NCBI GenBank assembly: GCA_016927655.1
Contig: JAFGMG010000003.1
Location: forward strand, 1-57,456
DNA length: 57,456 bases
Source of the DNA: Candidatus Dojkabacteria bacterium
Lineage (GTDB): Bacteria > Patescibacteriota > Dojkabacteria > B142 > JAFGMG01
Direction of reading: 5' to 3'
Position 1 is the stretch's first letter, and each line of letters starts with the position of its first letter. Positions 32,704-42,564 of this stretch are shown one piece after another. The position numbers and the translations under genes are program-made. The notes beneath the pieces are model-generated. The model had not been told where the DNA came from and ran no database searches. It saw only the letters and a list, made by a program, of their open reading frames with translations.

Positions 32704-35700
32704 TTAACTTTTCATTTCTTTCCCAAGCGGTACTGGACGCCCGATTATAACATTTTCCTTCAATCCTCTCAAATCATCTACTTTTCCGACCAAGGCTGCA
32801 TCTGTAAGTACTCTGACTTGTTCCTGGAACGATGCTGCCGACAGGAAACTCTCGGTATTTAGCGATGCTGCAGTTATTCCAAGCAGCACTCTTGTGTACT
32901 TGATTGTCTGCTTCCCATCCTTTTTCAGCTCTTTGTTCTCTTTTTCAAGCTGAATATAATTCACGAAATCTCCAGGCAAATAGGTGCTGTCTCCTGCTTG
33001 AGTAACTCTTGCAAGTCTGAGCATCTGCCTGACTATAATTTCAACATGCTTATCGTTAATTGCAATACCCTGGATACCATACGTTTCCTGAATATTGTCA
33101 ATAATATAGCTTTGTGTTCCTTCAATACCAGTCAAATCCATTAATTCTTTTGGTGCTAGAGAACCTATTGTCAATGGAGTTCCTTTATCTACTTCCTGCT
33201 TGTCTTTTACATTAATCCTGTCTTCAGGATTCACCTCATATTCTTTTTCTATTTCCCGGTCAACTTCAAGCACAATCGTTTTCTCATCGAGTTTTTTGAC
33301 CTGTCCTTCATATTCAGCTTCAACTTTTGTCCCGTCTTCTCTTGTCAGGATAACCTCACCTTTTTTGAGTGCTTTTGATCTCTTGAATGAAAGCTTGTCT
33401 CCTGATTTAATTTCAATTTCTTTCTTGAATTTTTTGTGATCTGAGATAATAATCTGCACAACCTCTCCATCTTTATTTTCAACAAGTTTTACCTTGCCTC
33501 CAATTTCAGCAAGAGTTGCTTTTCCTTTTGGAGTTCTTGCTTCAAAAAGTTCAGCAACACGAGGAAGACCCTGTGTAATATCAGTACCAGCACGTCCTGC
33601 AAGATGTTTTGTATTTAGAGTAAGCTGAGTTGCCGCTTCTCCCATAGCCTGTGCTGCAATCACTCCGACCGCCACACCCTTTTCAACTGTTTTTTGAGTC
33701 CCGAGATTTAAGCCGTAACATTTCTGGCAGACCCCTTCCACAGCTTTACAGCCGATGACTGATCTGACAAGAACTTCCTGAATATTTTCATTTCCCGCAA
33801 TCTGGGCTGCAATTTCTTCCGAAATCTCATCTCCTGCTTTGACGAATACCTCACCGGTTTTTGGATCGGAAATATTTTTAGCTGCAAATCTGCCGATAAT
33901 TCTTTCGTCAAAACCAAGCATTCTTTTTTCTTCTTTTCGAATGATGATTCCATCCGTCGATCCGCAATCTTCCTCTCTTGTTATCACATCTTGTGCAACA
34001 TCAACAAGTTTTCTGGTCAAATACCCGGATTCCGCAGTCTTTAGAGCAGTATCTGCGAGACCTTTTCTAGTACCTCTTGCTGCAACAAAGTATTCCAAAG
34101 TTGGAAGTCCTTCTTTGTAATTTGACCGTAATGGCAATTCAACAATATTTCCCAGCGGATCAAGAATCAAACCCTTTACACCGGCAATCTGCCTGATTGG
34201 GTTTGCAATTGGCAATGCTCCGGAATTTTCGAAAGCATTAAGCGGATTGAGCGGGTCATTGTACTGCTCCCAAGTGACTTCCGCGATTTTATCAATTGCC
34301 TCCATCCAGGTTTCTTCAATAAGTCTTTTCTTCTCAGCAAGAGTCAAAAGTCCATTGTAGTAATCTTGTGTGAGCTGCTCTTCCTTTTCTTCGACTCCAG
34401 CTATGATTTTCTTTGTCTCATCGCTTACCTTGAAATCTTCTGTTGAAGTTGAATATCCAGACTTTGTCGCATATTTAAACCCAATCGTTTCGACCTTATC
34501 TAGAAAATCAATCGTTTTTTCACTATCAAAGTTTCTCAAGATTTTCGCTGCAAATTTCCCAATATGTTTTTTGCCCACCTGCTCGTTTACATAATCAAAT
34601 TCCTTTGGAAGAAGCTCATTAAATTTGATTCTTCCTGGTGTTGTGATTATAAATTCGTGAGCTTTGTTTAGAACTTTCACTTTATCTCGAAGTTTAATTT
34701 CTCCTCTTTCATAAGCTCCAACTGCTCTATCAAATGTCGCAAATACTCTGATATCTTTTTCTTTCTGATCAAAATTTTCTCCAGTTAAATAATAGACTCC
34801 AAGTGCCATATCTTTTTGTACTCCAATAACCGGAGATCCATCTGCAAGAAGTAGCAGGTTTGAATCTGCAAACATTTTTTCAAGCACTTCTTCAATAGCT
34901 TTATCTGATAACGGCAGATGAACTGCCATTTGATCTCCATCAAAGTCAGCATTGAATCCTTTACAAACCATTGGGTGGACAGAAATTGCATTTCCCTCAG
35001 TCAATACCGGAAAAAATGCCTGAATACCCTGCTTATGAAGTGTAGGTGCTCTATTTAGCAGCACAGGTCTATCTTGAATCACTCTTTCCAAAATATCCCA
35101 GACATTATCTGATTTTGAATCAAAATAATGTTTAGCACTTTTTATATTTGGGGCAAGTCCTTCTGCAATAATCTCTCTAATTACAAATGGTTTGAATAAT
35201 TCAAGAGCAATCGTTTTTGGCAGACCACACTGATAAACACTCAATTCAGGTCCTGCAATAATAACAGCTCTTCCGGAATAATCGACTCTTTTTCCAAGTA
35301 GGTTTTGTCTAAATCTTCCCTGTTTTCCGCGAAGCATATCTGAAAGTGACTTGTATGGCTGCTGTTTCGAGTTTTGTACTGCATTCCCCGGTCTATGGCT
35401 ATTATCAATCAAAGCGTCAACTGCTTCTTGAAGCATTCTTTTCTCATTTCTTAAAATTATCTCCGGTGCTCCCAGTCCCATCAATCTTTTTAGTCTATTA
35501 TTTCTATTGATAACTCTTCTATACAGATCATTTAGATCTGATGTTGCAAATCTTCCTCCCGGAAGCTGAATGATAGGCCTTAATTCCGGCGGAATAACCG
35601 GAAGGATTTTAAGAACCAGCCATGAAGGATCAAGGTCATTCTTCTCCATTCCTTCGATGATTCTCAATCTTTGAATATATTTTGCCCTTTTAGTCTGGGA

Positions 35701-36570
35701 TTTAGTTTTTGCTTGCTCCTCTTTTAAATTTTTTACTTCGGCAGAAAGATCAACCTTTTTTAATAATTCTTCTATTGCCTCAGCTCCCATCCCAATTTTA
35801 TAGAAATCAACATCATACTCACTAAGTGCACTTACATCATCCTCGGAAAGCGTGATACCAATTTTAATACTTTTTACAAGATTTAATTTCTCATTGATTT
35901 TATCTTTTAAAGTTTTTTCTTTTTGTGTAAAGATTGACTTCAATTTTGCGATTTCCTTTTTCTTCTTCCCCTCAAGGGTGTTTAGCTGCATTTCAAGCTT
36001 TTTCTTGTCTTTTTCTTTTGATTTTTTCTCTTTTTCCTGCGCTTTGTATAAATCTTCAATTTCTTTTACTTTTGCCTTCAAATCGTCATTGATTCCCTTT
36101 AATTCAGAGTCCAGATCAGCTTTGATTTTCGCTACTGCATCTTCCCTCCCCTGCTCGTCAAATTCTGTGACAATATATCTGGCAAAGTAAATAACCGTTT
36201 CGAGTTTCTTTTGAGGTACGCCAAGTATTAAAGATAATTTATTTGGGACGCCGTGAGAAAACCAGACGTGCGTAACTGGAGAAGCAAGTTTGATATGCCC
36301 CATTCTTTCTCTTCTGACTCTTTTGTGCGTGACTTCAACTCCGCATTTATCGCAGACAATTCCCTTGTATCTGATTTTTTTGTATTTACCGCAATAACAT
36401 TCAAAATTCTTGGTAGGACCGAAAATCTTTTCACACATCAACCCATCCACCTCTGCAGTGTGCGTTCTGTAATTGATCGTCTCCGCCTTTTTCACTTCCC
36501 CATGTGACCAGCCCATAACCTGCTGTGGTGAAGCGACTGTTATTTGCAAGGCTTTAAAATCTTTTATCAT
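32704..36570 (-). CDS. rpoC: DNA-directed RNA polymerase subunit beta prime
   Basis: Zinc-binding CYCGKYK...CDKCGVEV, the catalytic NADFDGDQMAVH, and bridge-helix/trigger-loop region motifs (GLADTALKTAESGYLTR). Confidence 0.97.
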   Translation of the reverse strand: MIKDFKALQITVASPQQVMGWSHGEVKKAETINYRTHTAEVDGLMCEKIFGPTKNFECYCGKYKKIRYKGIVCDKCGVEVTHKRVRRERMGHIKLASPVTHVWFSHGVPNKLSLILGVPQKKLETVIYFARYIVTEFDEQGREDAVAKIKADLDSELKGINDDLKAKVKEIEDLYKAQEKEKKSKEKDKKKLEMQLNTLEGKKKKEIAKLKSIFTQKEKTLKDKINEKLNLVKSIKIGITLSEDDVSALSEYDVDFYKIGMGAEAIEELLKKVDLSAEVKNLKEEQAKTKSQTKRAKYIQRLRIIEGMEKNDLDPSWLVLKILPVIPPELRPIIQLPGGRFATSDLNDLYRRVINRNNRLKRLMGLGAPEIILRNEKRMLQEAVDALIDNSHRPGNAVQNSKQQPYKSLSDMLRGKQGRFRQNLLGKRVDYSGRAVIIAGPELSVYQCGLPKTIALELFKPFVIREIIAEGLAPNIKSAKHYFDSKSDNVWDILERVIQDRPVLLNRAPTLHKQGIQAFFPVLTEGNAISVHPMVCKGFNADFDGDQMAVHLPLSDKAIEEVLEKMFADSNLLLLADGSPVIGVQKDMALGVYYLTGENFDQKEKDIRVFATFDRAVGAYERGEIKLRDKVKVLNKAHEFIITTPGRIKFNELLPKEFDYVNEQVGKKHIGKFAAKILRNFDSEKTIDFLDKVETIGFKYATKSGYSTSTEDFKVSDETKKIIAGVEEKEEQLTQDYYNGLLTLAEKKRLIEETWMEAIDKIAEVTWEQYNDPLNPLNAFENSGALPIANPIRQIAGVKGLILDPLGNIVELPLRSNYKEGLPTLEYFVAARGTRKGLADTALKTAESGYLTRKLVDVAQDVITREEDCGSTDGIIIRKEEKRMLGFDERIIGRFAAKNISDPKTGEVFVKAGDEISEEIAAQIAGNENIQEVLVRSVIGCKAVEGVCQKCYGLNLGTQKTVEKGVAVGVIAAQAMGEAATQLTLNTKHLAGRAGTDITQGLPRVAELFEARTPKGKATLAEIGGKVKLVENKDGEVVQIIISDHKKFKKEIEIKSGDKLSFKRSKALKKGEVILTREDGTKVEAEYEGQVKKLDEKTIVLEVDREIEKEYEVNPEDRINVKDKQEVDKGTPLTIGSLAPKELMDLTGIEGTQSYIIDNIQETYGIQGIAINDKHVEIIVRQMLRLARVTQAGDSTYLPGDFVNYIQLEKENKELKKDGKQTIKYTRVLLGITAASLNTESFLSAASFQEQVRVLTDAALVGKVDDLRGLKENVIIGRPVPLGKEMKS

Positions 36571-36614
36571 TTTTACTAGTTAATAGTTAGTAGTAATTAT
36601 TGATTTATTAGTAA

Positions 36615-39600
36615 TTATTCGTCGCCTTTCATCTCTCCCATTGAATCAGGTTTTCCCGGTTCTTTAATCTCAAAGTCTGTACTCTCGTCTTCAATTACAT
36701 CTTCTTCCCTTTCACTTGCGATATCCTCGTCAGTTTCAGTTGATTCAGTTTGATCCGCAAGATCCTCGTCAACCACACCTTCTACAAGGGCTGCCTCATC
36801 TACATTGTCTTCGTCTGCTTCAATCATTTGAAGGTTGAGTCCAAGAGATCTAAGCTCAGAAACCAATACCCTAAAACCTTCCGGGATATTTGGCGACTCA
36901 ATCTTCTCTCCTTGAATGATTGATTTGTATGCTGCTGCTCTTCCGATTACGTCATCTGATTTAATTGTCAGCATTTCATGAAGTACGTTTGGTACAGCAT
37001 GTGCTTCAAGTGCCCAGACTTCCATTTCTCCAAATCTCTGACCTCCAAATTGTGCTTTTCCTCCAAGCGGCTGCTGCGTGACCATGGTGTAAGCTCCTGT
37101 GCTTCTTGCATGGATTTTATCTGAAGACAAGTGGTTCAATTTAAGGACGTATCTTGGTCCAACAACGATTGGGCTGTCGAACTGCTCCCCGGTTCTTCCA
37201 TCATAAAGCACAATTTTTTCAGTAAATTTCTTGCCTTTTGCAGCGAGTTTTTTGTCCAGCTGATCAAGATCAAGTTCTGCAAATGGCGGTACAACAACCT
37301 TCTCTCCGATTGCTTTCGCTTTCGCGGCAACTTCCATCTCACGGATCTGCCCGACATTCATACGTTTTACAAACATAGGGCTTAAGATGATATCAATAGG
37401 AGTCCCATTTGCTAAAAATGGCATGTCTTCTTCAGGTAGAATTTTTGCGATAACTCCCTTGTCTCCATGAAGCCCGGTTAATTTGTCTCCAACCTGGAGT
37501 TTGCTTGTTTTCGCAACCCATACTTTGACCTGCCTTAAAACTCCAGGATTCAATTTATCGCCATTTTCTTTGCTCAAAACCTGGACACCAATCACAATCC
37601 CCTTATCTCCATGAGGGACTCTAAGCGAGTTGTCTCTAACATCTCTTGCGTACTCTCCAAATATCGCTCTTAAAAGTTTTTCTTCAGCGGTAAGTTCAGT
37701 TTCTCCTTTTGGAGCAATAATTCCAACCAATATGTCCTGTGCTTCAACACTTGCTCCCACCCGGACAATCCCGCGATCATCCAGATTTCTAAGTGCATAC
37801 TCTCCGACGTTTGGAATGTCTCTTGTGATCTGCTCGTCTCCCAGTTTTGTTTCTCTAATATCCTGGATGTATTCTTTAATATGAATTGATGTGAAAACAT
37901 CGTCTTTAACAAGTCTTTCTGAGACAACAATTCCATCATCATAATTGTATCCTTCGTAGCTCATGAAAGCTGCCAGGACGTTTTTACCAAGTGCAAGTTC
38001 GCCATTATCCATTGAAGGACCGTCGATCAATACATCACCTTTTTTGAATTTTTCCTTAGTTTTTACAAGTACTGTCTGACTGAATGCGGTGTTTTGGTTA
38101 GTTCTAATGTATTTTTCCGCCTCATATTCGACCTTCTTTCCTGTTTTGTATTTGACAATCAATTTTGTCGAATCGGCTTCGATGACTACTCCGTCATCAT
38201 CTGCAAGAACAACTCTTCCCGATGCATTTGCAATTATCTTCTCATATCCTGTCCCGACAATTGCAGATTCAGGCTTTAAAAGCGGAACAGCTTGACGCTG
38301 CATGTTTGAAGCCATCAAAGATCTGGTCGGATCATCATTGAAAGAAAAAGGAATTAGTGAAAAACTAACTCCTCCGATTTGACCAGGATTGATGTCTATA
38401 TGTGTAATCTGATTTGCAGGAACTCTAGCGTACGTACCAGCATTTCTGACAAATACCGTATCATTAAGAATGTTATTGTATTCATCTTTATCAACTCTTG
38501 CCGGTGCGATGAAATATTCCATTTCATCATCAGCATCAAGATAAATGACCTCATTTGTCACAAACGGCTTTACTTTTACAATAGCTTCAGCCTTGATAAG
38601 CTTGTCGATATCAGCCTTTTTGGTAAGCTGGATTCCCTTTTTGACAATTACTTTGCCAGCTTTGTTTTTTGCATTTTCTTCAAGAATTCTATTCTCCAAT
38701 AATTTCACGTTTGATTTTTGAGCTTTTATCTCAGAGAACACCCTGAAATATGGAGCTTCCAAGAAACCGTAATCATTGATCCTTGCATAAACAGACATAT
38801 GAGAAACAACCCCGATTGATGGACCTTCAGGAGTCGTTACCATGCAAAGTTTGGAATAGTGTGAACTATGAACATCACGGACCGAGAAAGTTGCTCTTTC
38901 TTTTGTAAGACCTCCAGGTCCACCGGCCGTGATTCTTCTTTTAGTTTCAAGTTCTGAAAGGACATTTTCCTGATCCATGTATCTAGACACAGCGCTTGAT
39001 CCGAAGAACTGATCTACTGCTGCAATTATCGGCCTTGTATTTACTATAACTGATGGCGTTACAAGTTCGTCCGCGCTATAAGATCCCATTCTGTCTTTTA
39101 TATTTTTTTCAACTCTTAAAACTCCAATTCTCATTCTATCCGCGATCAATTCTCCAACCCCTCTGATTCTCCTGTTTGCTAGATGATCAACATCATCTGG
39201 CGGGATCGTCCCATTATTTAATTTGATAACCGCCTTGATAACCTCAACAATGTCTTCTTTTCGAAGCATATAATTTTTTGGTTCAATCGCAAGGTCAATT
39301 CCAAGTTTTTTATTAAGTTTATATCGGCCGATTCTTCCCAGGTAAAACCTTCTTTTGTCAAAAAATATCCCATTTAGAAATTCCTGTGCGCTTTCAAGAC
39401 TGATCGAATCTTCCGGTCTGAGTTTTCTATAGATATTAAGAAGTGCTTCTTCCGTGGATCTGGTCGGATCTTTTCGAAGCGTATTTTCTAAATATTTCGT
39501 TTCTCCTGTGTCTATGTTTGCTAGGAGTTCATTGATCTGCGCATCTGAAGAATACCCAAGAGCTCGAAGAAGTTCTGTAAGCAGAACTTTCGGCCTTTTA

Positions 39601-40145
39601 TCAAACAATTTTACTGACATCACCCCATGCTTATTGACTTCAAAATCAAACCATCTGCCTCTTGTAGGCATAAGTTTGACAGCGTAGAGAGGCTTTGCTG
39701 AAGCTTTACTTGCTTTAGACTCTGTGAAAAGTACTCCTTCGCCTCTTACAATCTGCATGACAACTACCCTCTCGTTTCCATTGACTACGAAAGTACCCCT
39801 GCTGCTCATCATCGGAATGTCAGCGACAAATATCTTCTGCTTTTTTATTTCTCCTGTTTTTTTGTTTTTAAGGGTTGTTTGGACGTAAAGAGGCTTATCG
39901 TATGAAAGCCCAAGTTTTTGTGCTTCTCTAAAAGTGTGCTTTGGTTCTCCCCATTCAATTTCTTTAAACTCCAGCTGCCAGCTCTCACCCGTATAATCTT
40001 CTATCGGATTGATTTCATCAAACAACTCACGAATAGATGCATCCAGGAAAATATGGAATGACTTGGTCTGCGCCTCGATTAGATCTACATCGATGTGATC
40101 AAGGCTATGTTTATTTAGATGAAGCCTGTCAATATATTTGGCCAC
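36615..40145 (-). CDS. rpoB: DNA-directed RNA polymerase subunit beta (GTG start, acidic C-terminal tail)
   Basis: Rif-region QFFGSS..SRYMDQ.N.LSE..TKRR; GGPGGL; C-terminal GGQRFGEMEVWALEAH. The last ~70 aa are D/E-rich. Confidence 0.97.
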   Translation of the reverse strand: MAKYIDRLHLNKHSLDHIDVDLIEAQTKSFHIFLDASIRELFDEINPIEDYTGESWQLEFKEIEWGEPKHTFREAQKLGLSYDKPLYVQTTLKNKKTGEIKKQKIFVADIPMMSSRGTFVVNGNERVVVMQIVRGEGVLFTESKASKASAKPLYAVKLMPTRGRWFDFEVNKHGVMSVKLFDKRPKVLLTELLRALGYSSDAQINELLANIDTGETKYLENTLRKDPTRSTEEALLNIYRKLRPEDSISLESAQEFLNGIFFDKRRFYLGRIGRYKLNKKLGIDLAIEPKNYMLRKEDIVEVIKAVIKLNNGTIPPDDVDHLANRRIRGVGELIADRMRIGVLRVEKNIKDRMGSYSADELVTPSVIVNTRPIIAAVDQFFGSSAVSRYMDQENVLSELETKRRITAGGPGGLTKERATFSVRDVHSSHYSKLCMVTTPEGPSIGVVSHMSVYARINDYGFLEAPYFRVFSEIKAQKSNVKLLENRILEENAKNKAGKVIVKKGIQLTKKADIDKLIKAEAIVKVKPFVTNEVIYLDADDEMEYFIAPARVDKDEYNNILNDTVFVRNAGTYARVPANQITHIDINPGQIGGVSFSLIPFSFNDDPTRSLMASNMQRQAVPLLKPESAIVGTGYEKIIANASGRVVLADDDGVVIEADSTKLIVKYKTGKKVEYEAEKYIRTNQNTAFSQTVLVKTKEKFKKGDVLIDGPSMDNGELALGKNVLAAFMSYEGYNYDDGIVVSERLVKDDVFTSIHIKEYIQDIRETKLGDEQITRDIPNVGEYALRNLDDRGIVRVGASVEAQDILVGIIAPKGETELTAEEKLLRAIFGEYARDVRDNSLRVPHGDKGIVIGVQVLSKENGDKLNPGVLRQVKVWVAKTSKLQVGDKLTGLHGDKGVIAKILPEEDMPFLANGTPIDIILSPMFVKRMNVGQIREMEVAAKAKAIGEKVVVPPFAELDLDQLDKKLAAKGKKFTEKIVLYDGRTGEQFDSPIVVGPRYVLKLNHLSSDKIHARSTGAYTMVTQQPLGGKAQFGGQRFGEMEVWALEAHAVPNVLHEMLTIKSDDVIGRAAAYKSIIQGEKIESPNIPEGFRVLVSELRSLGLNLQMIEADEDNVDEAALVEGVVDEDLADQTESTETDEDIASEREEDVIEDESTDFEIKEPGKPDSMGEMKGDE

Positions 40146-40181
40146 GAGTTATTCTTTAATATTTATTATTCCTTAGCAAGC

Positions 40182-40217
40182 AAAAACACGCACTTTATAA
40201 CCCAAGTGCGTTTTTAT
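40182..40217 (-). terminator. Stem-loop with flanking A/T runs in the rpoB leader (terminator or attenuator candidate)
   Basis: On the minus strand, AAAAACGCACTT GGGTTATA AAGTGCGTGTTTTT forms an 8-bp stem (40188-95 / 40204-11) followed by a T run. It lies 35-70 nt upstream of the rpoB GTG and downstream of a TTGACA at about 40303. Confidence 0.4.
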
Positions 40218-40354
40218 TTACAAAGCTTATTGTATATTAGAGTTCTTGCGCAATTAAATATGATTCCAAGAAGTTGTGCGTTATCTATATCATATATTGT
40301 GGTGTAATGTCAACACCACTTATACGTTATTAGCCGATCTGCAATTTAAAATTT

Positions 40355-40531
40355 CTACTGATTTGCTTGCAGATACTCTAAGACTTCGTCCCCAAAGTCT
40401 GGGTTGATGTTATCTACTTGATAATTCGCCTTCTGCGTTCCGCCGGTAATCGATTGAAAAAGCTGTACCCCGGTTAGCCCGACAAGGATAATGATTGCTA
40501 TACCTACCAGATAAATCCAGCTCTTTGACAT
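40355..40531 (-). CDS. Small single-pass membrane protein (58 aa), below the ORF-track length cutoff
   Basis: My translation is MSKSWIYLVGIAIIILVGLTGVQLFQSITGGTQKANYQVDNINPDFGDEVLEYLQANQ. The ATG overlaps the stop of the PilO-like gene (TAATG), which suggests translational coupling. Confidence 0.5.
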   Translation of the reverse strand: MSKSWIYLVGIAIIILVGLTGVQLFQSITGGTQKANYQVDNINPDFGDEVLEYLQANQ

Positions 40532-41142
40532 TATGGTTGTTCGTAATAATAAATTTCAAATACTATCTCAGCGTCACTTACTTTGCTTGTATTCCCCTGC
40601 TCATCAATCCTGGAGCTGACCCCAATCTTCTGCAGATTTGCGATTCTGTTCATTTTCTCAAGATCGTCAACTAAGTTCCAGATATTGCTGCGTTCTCCAT
40701 TTACAACAAGTGTAATGATCGAATGTTTCGTATTGACATCAAGATCTGTGTCAATATTGGGCTTTTCTTCCGGACTGGCCATATCAATCGAGGTAAGTTC
40801 AAGCCTGTTCGACTTTACCAGAGCTGTTAAAACATTGATCATTTCATCTTCCCGTCTTGATTCCGGGAAGGCATCATCCAATAGTTCAAGCTGCGCAGCC
40901 TGCTGCGTCTCCTTATTGGTCAGACTCACCAGGTTTGCCTGCTTCTGCTCCATTTTGGCAATAAATTCACGCTTATCCTCATTTTCATTTAGTCTGTCAA
41001 AAACCGAGGCTATTGATGGACGGATTGCAAAAAACACTAGCAAAACTATCACCACGATAGTTACGACAGCAACAGTGTATGTCCTGCTTTCAGGAGTCGC
41101 AGTGAGCTTCTTGAATTGTGGATTTGTCAGACTAAGTGCCAT
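40531..41142 (-). CDS. PilO-like type IV pilus assembly protein
   Basis: Short cytoplasmic N-terminus, one TM helix, a coiled-coil segment, then an alpha/beta core. The size and topology fit PilO, and the gene overlaps the PilN-like gene by 11 nt. Confidence 0.5.
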   Translation of the reverse strand: MALSLTNPQFKKLTATPESRTYTVAVVTIVVIVLLVFFAIRPSIASVFDRLNENEDKREFIAKMEQKQANLVSLTNKETQQAAQLELLDDAFPESRREDEMINVLTALVKSNRLELTSIDMASPEEKPNIDTDLDVNTKHSIITLVVNGERSNIWNLVDDLEKMNRIANLQKIGVSSRIDEQGNTSKVSDAEIVFEIYYYEQP

Positions 41143-41701
41143 TTTCCTCTATTGTTCGACTATTATAATTTTCAATAATTGCGCGAATTCCAAAATCTGC
41201 CCTCCTTGAGCCTTCTTCCTGGGCATTCAAATCATAAACTTCGACATTTCTCAAGTAATTTGAAGCTTTCAAAGACTCCTCCAGCGAGGAAATTCTAGAA
41301 ACATCACCTTCGCCTCTAATTGTCAACTCATCTTCAGTGATATAAATTGATAAACCTGTGAAATTTGCGCCAAGATAATTTTCAAGTTCAGAAAGCATGG
41401 CAGAATAATTTGAAGATTTTTCATAAATATTTTTGTATTCGGAAGTCCTTGACTGGATAGTTCGATAGCGTGTTTCGCTTTCTGAAAATGCACCCAAAGT
41501 GTTTTGCTGTTTTTCGACTTCTTTATCAAGCCTGGAAGAAATGGTATCCACTGCAACTCGAATTCCGAATGATATGACAACGACGATCTCCACCATGATC
41601 ACAAGAACTCTGGCAGTTCCAAGTACCCAGGTGTATATTTTTTCCCACAAGGTGGGCGGTATTTTCTGTTTTTTCAGTAAATTAAACCCTTGTAGTGACA
41701 T
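41132..41701 (-). CDS. PilN-like type IV pilus assembly protein
   Basis: The N-terminal GFNLLKK resembles the conserved PilN INLLP motif. This is followed by a TM helix (VLVIMVEIVVVISFGI), a coiled coil and a ferredoxin-like C-terminal domain. Confidence 0.55.
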   Translation of the reverse strand: MSLQGFNLLKKQKIPPTLWEKIYTWVLGTARVLVIMVEIVVVISFGIRVAVDTISSRLDKEVEKQQNTLGAFSESETRYRTIQSRTSEYKNIYEKSSNYSAMLSELENYLGANFTGLSIYITEDELTIRGEGDVSRISSLEESLKASNYLRNVEVYDLNAQEEGSRRADFGIRAIIENYNSRTIEENGT

Positions 41702-41716
41702 AAAATCAGTATACAG

Positions 41717-41722
41717 TATAAT
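41717..41722 (+). promoter_or_regulatory. TATAAT box 5 nt upstream of the M23 peptidase ATG (leaderless candidate)
   Basis: TATAAT at 41717-22, then GACTT, then ATG at 41728. The whole divergent intergenic region is only 26 nt. Confidence 0.35.
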
Positions 41723-41727
41723 GACTT

Positions 41728-42540
41728 ATGCTTAAACAATCCCGGCTTATAAAACTAAATCTAGGACTTCTTCTAGTTATTCTTTTTGTATTAACTTTCG
41801 AAGCAGGGATGTATTTTTCACAGAAAAGATACAGAGGCCAGTTAAATAATACTTTCAATATTTACCAAGCAGAAATTATTCAGCTTGAAAGTTCGCTTGG
41901 GATCAAAGATCACAAAATCTCAAATTTGACATCGCAGCTGCAAGACTCTTTAAATGACAAAAATTCCCTTGCTATGAATAATGACGAGCTGAAAGAACAA
42001 ATTAAAGGACTAAGTACCAAAAACGACTTTCCTTTTGGTGTGCCGAGCACTGGTGTGATCGGCACTTATAATGGCACTTTTGGCGGGAATATGAATGGTT
42101 TCAGGCATCTTGGGGTTGATATTTGGACGACTACGGATAATAACGGGAGAATTTCTTCGCACAAAGGAAACGAAGTTTTCGCAGCCTGCGATGGAAAAGT
42201 GACCCGTATTGATTCGGATAATGGCGCGATTACGATTGCCTGCGACAGGATCCCTGATAATTTTGATGTGCCGGAGCGTGAAGTCTATACGCATTATGCG
42301 CATCTTGGTAATGCAGAGACTAAAGAATTGTATATTTCGGTTGCCAGGAACCAACGTGTCAAAAAAGGCGACCTTCTTGGTTTTCAGGGAGATCTTAGTT
42401 CATATTTTCCCGAAATGAGAAATGTGCATCTGCATTTTTCGGTGTTTACCGGATTATCAGAAACTGACAAAAGCGGCGGAGCACTGAATCCCTGTCTATA
42501 TATCGGCGGTGATTGCTCAAGGAGAGGAGCTGGTTTCTAA
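41728..42540 (+). CDS. M23 family (LytM-type) metallopeptidase with an N-terminal anchor and coiled coil
   Basis: HLGVDIW (HxxxD), HYAHLG, and HLHFSV (HxH). Confidence 0.85.
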   Translation: MLKQSRLIKLNLGLLLVILFVLTFEAGMYFSQKRYRGQLNNTFNIYQAEIIQLESSLGIKDHKISNLTSQLQDSLNDKNSLAMNNDELKEQIKGLSTKNDFPFGVPSTGVIGTYNGTFGGNMNGFRHLGVDIWTTTDNNGRISSHKGNEVFAACDGKVTRIDSDNGAITIACDRIPDNFDVPEREVYTHYAHLGNAETKELYISVARNQRVKKGDLLGFQGDLSSYFPEMRNVHLHFSVFTGLSETDKSGGALNPCLYIGGDCSRRGAGF

Positions 42541-42564
42541 AAGGAAGTGGGATAGATATTTTAT

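Noticed and set aside
32704-40145. About 20 ORFs of 60-110 aa inside or antisense to rpoC and rpoB.
   Set aside because: They are fully embedded in two unambiguous, highly conserved genes and have biased S/F/L-rich composition. They are shadow ORFs.
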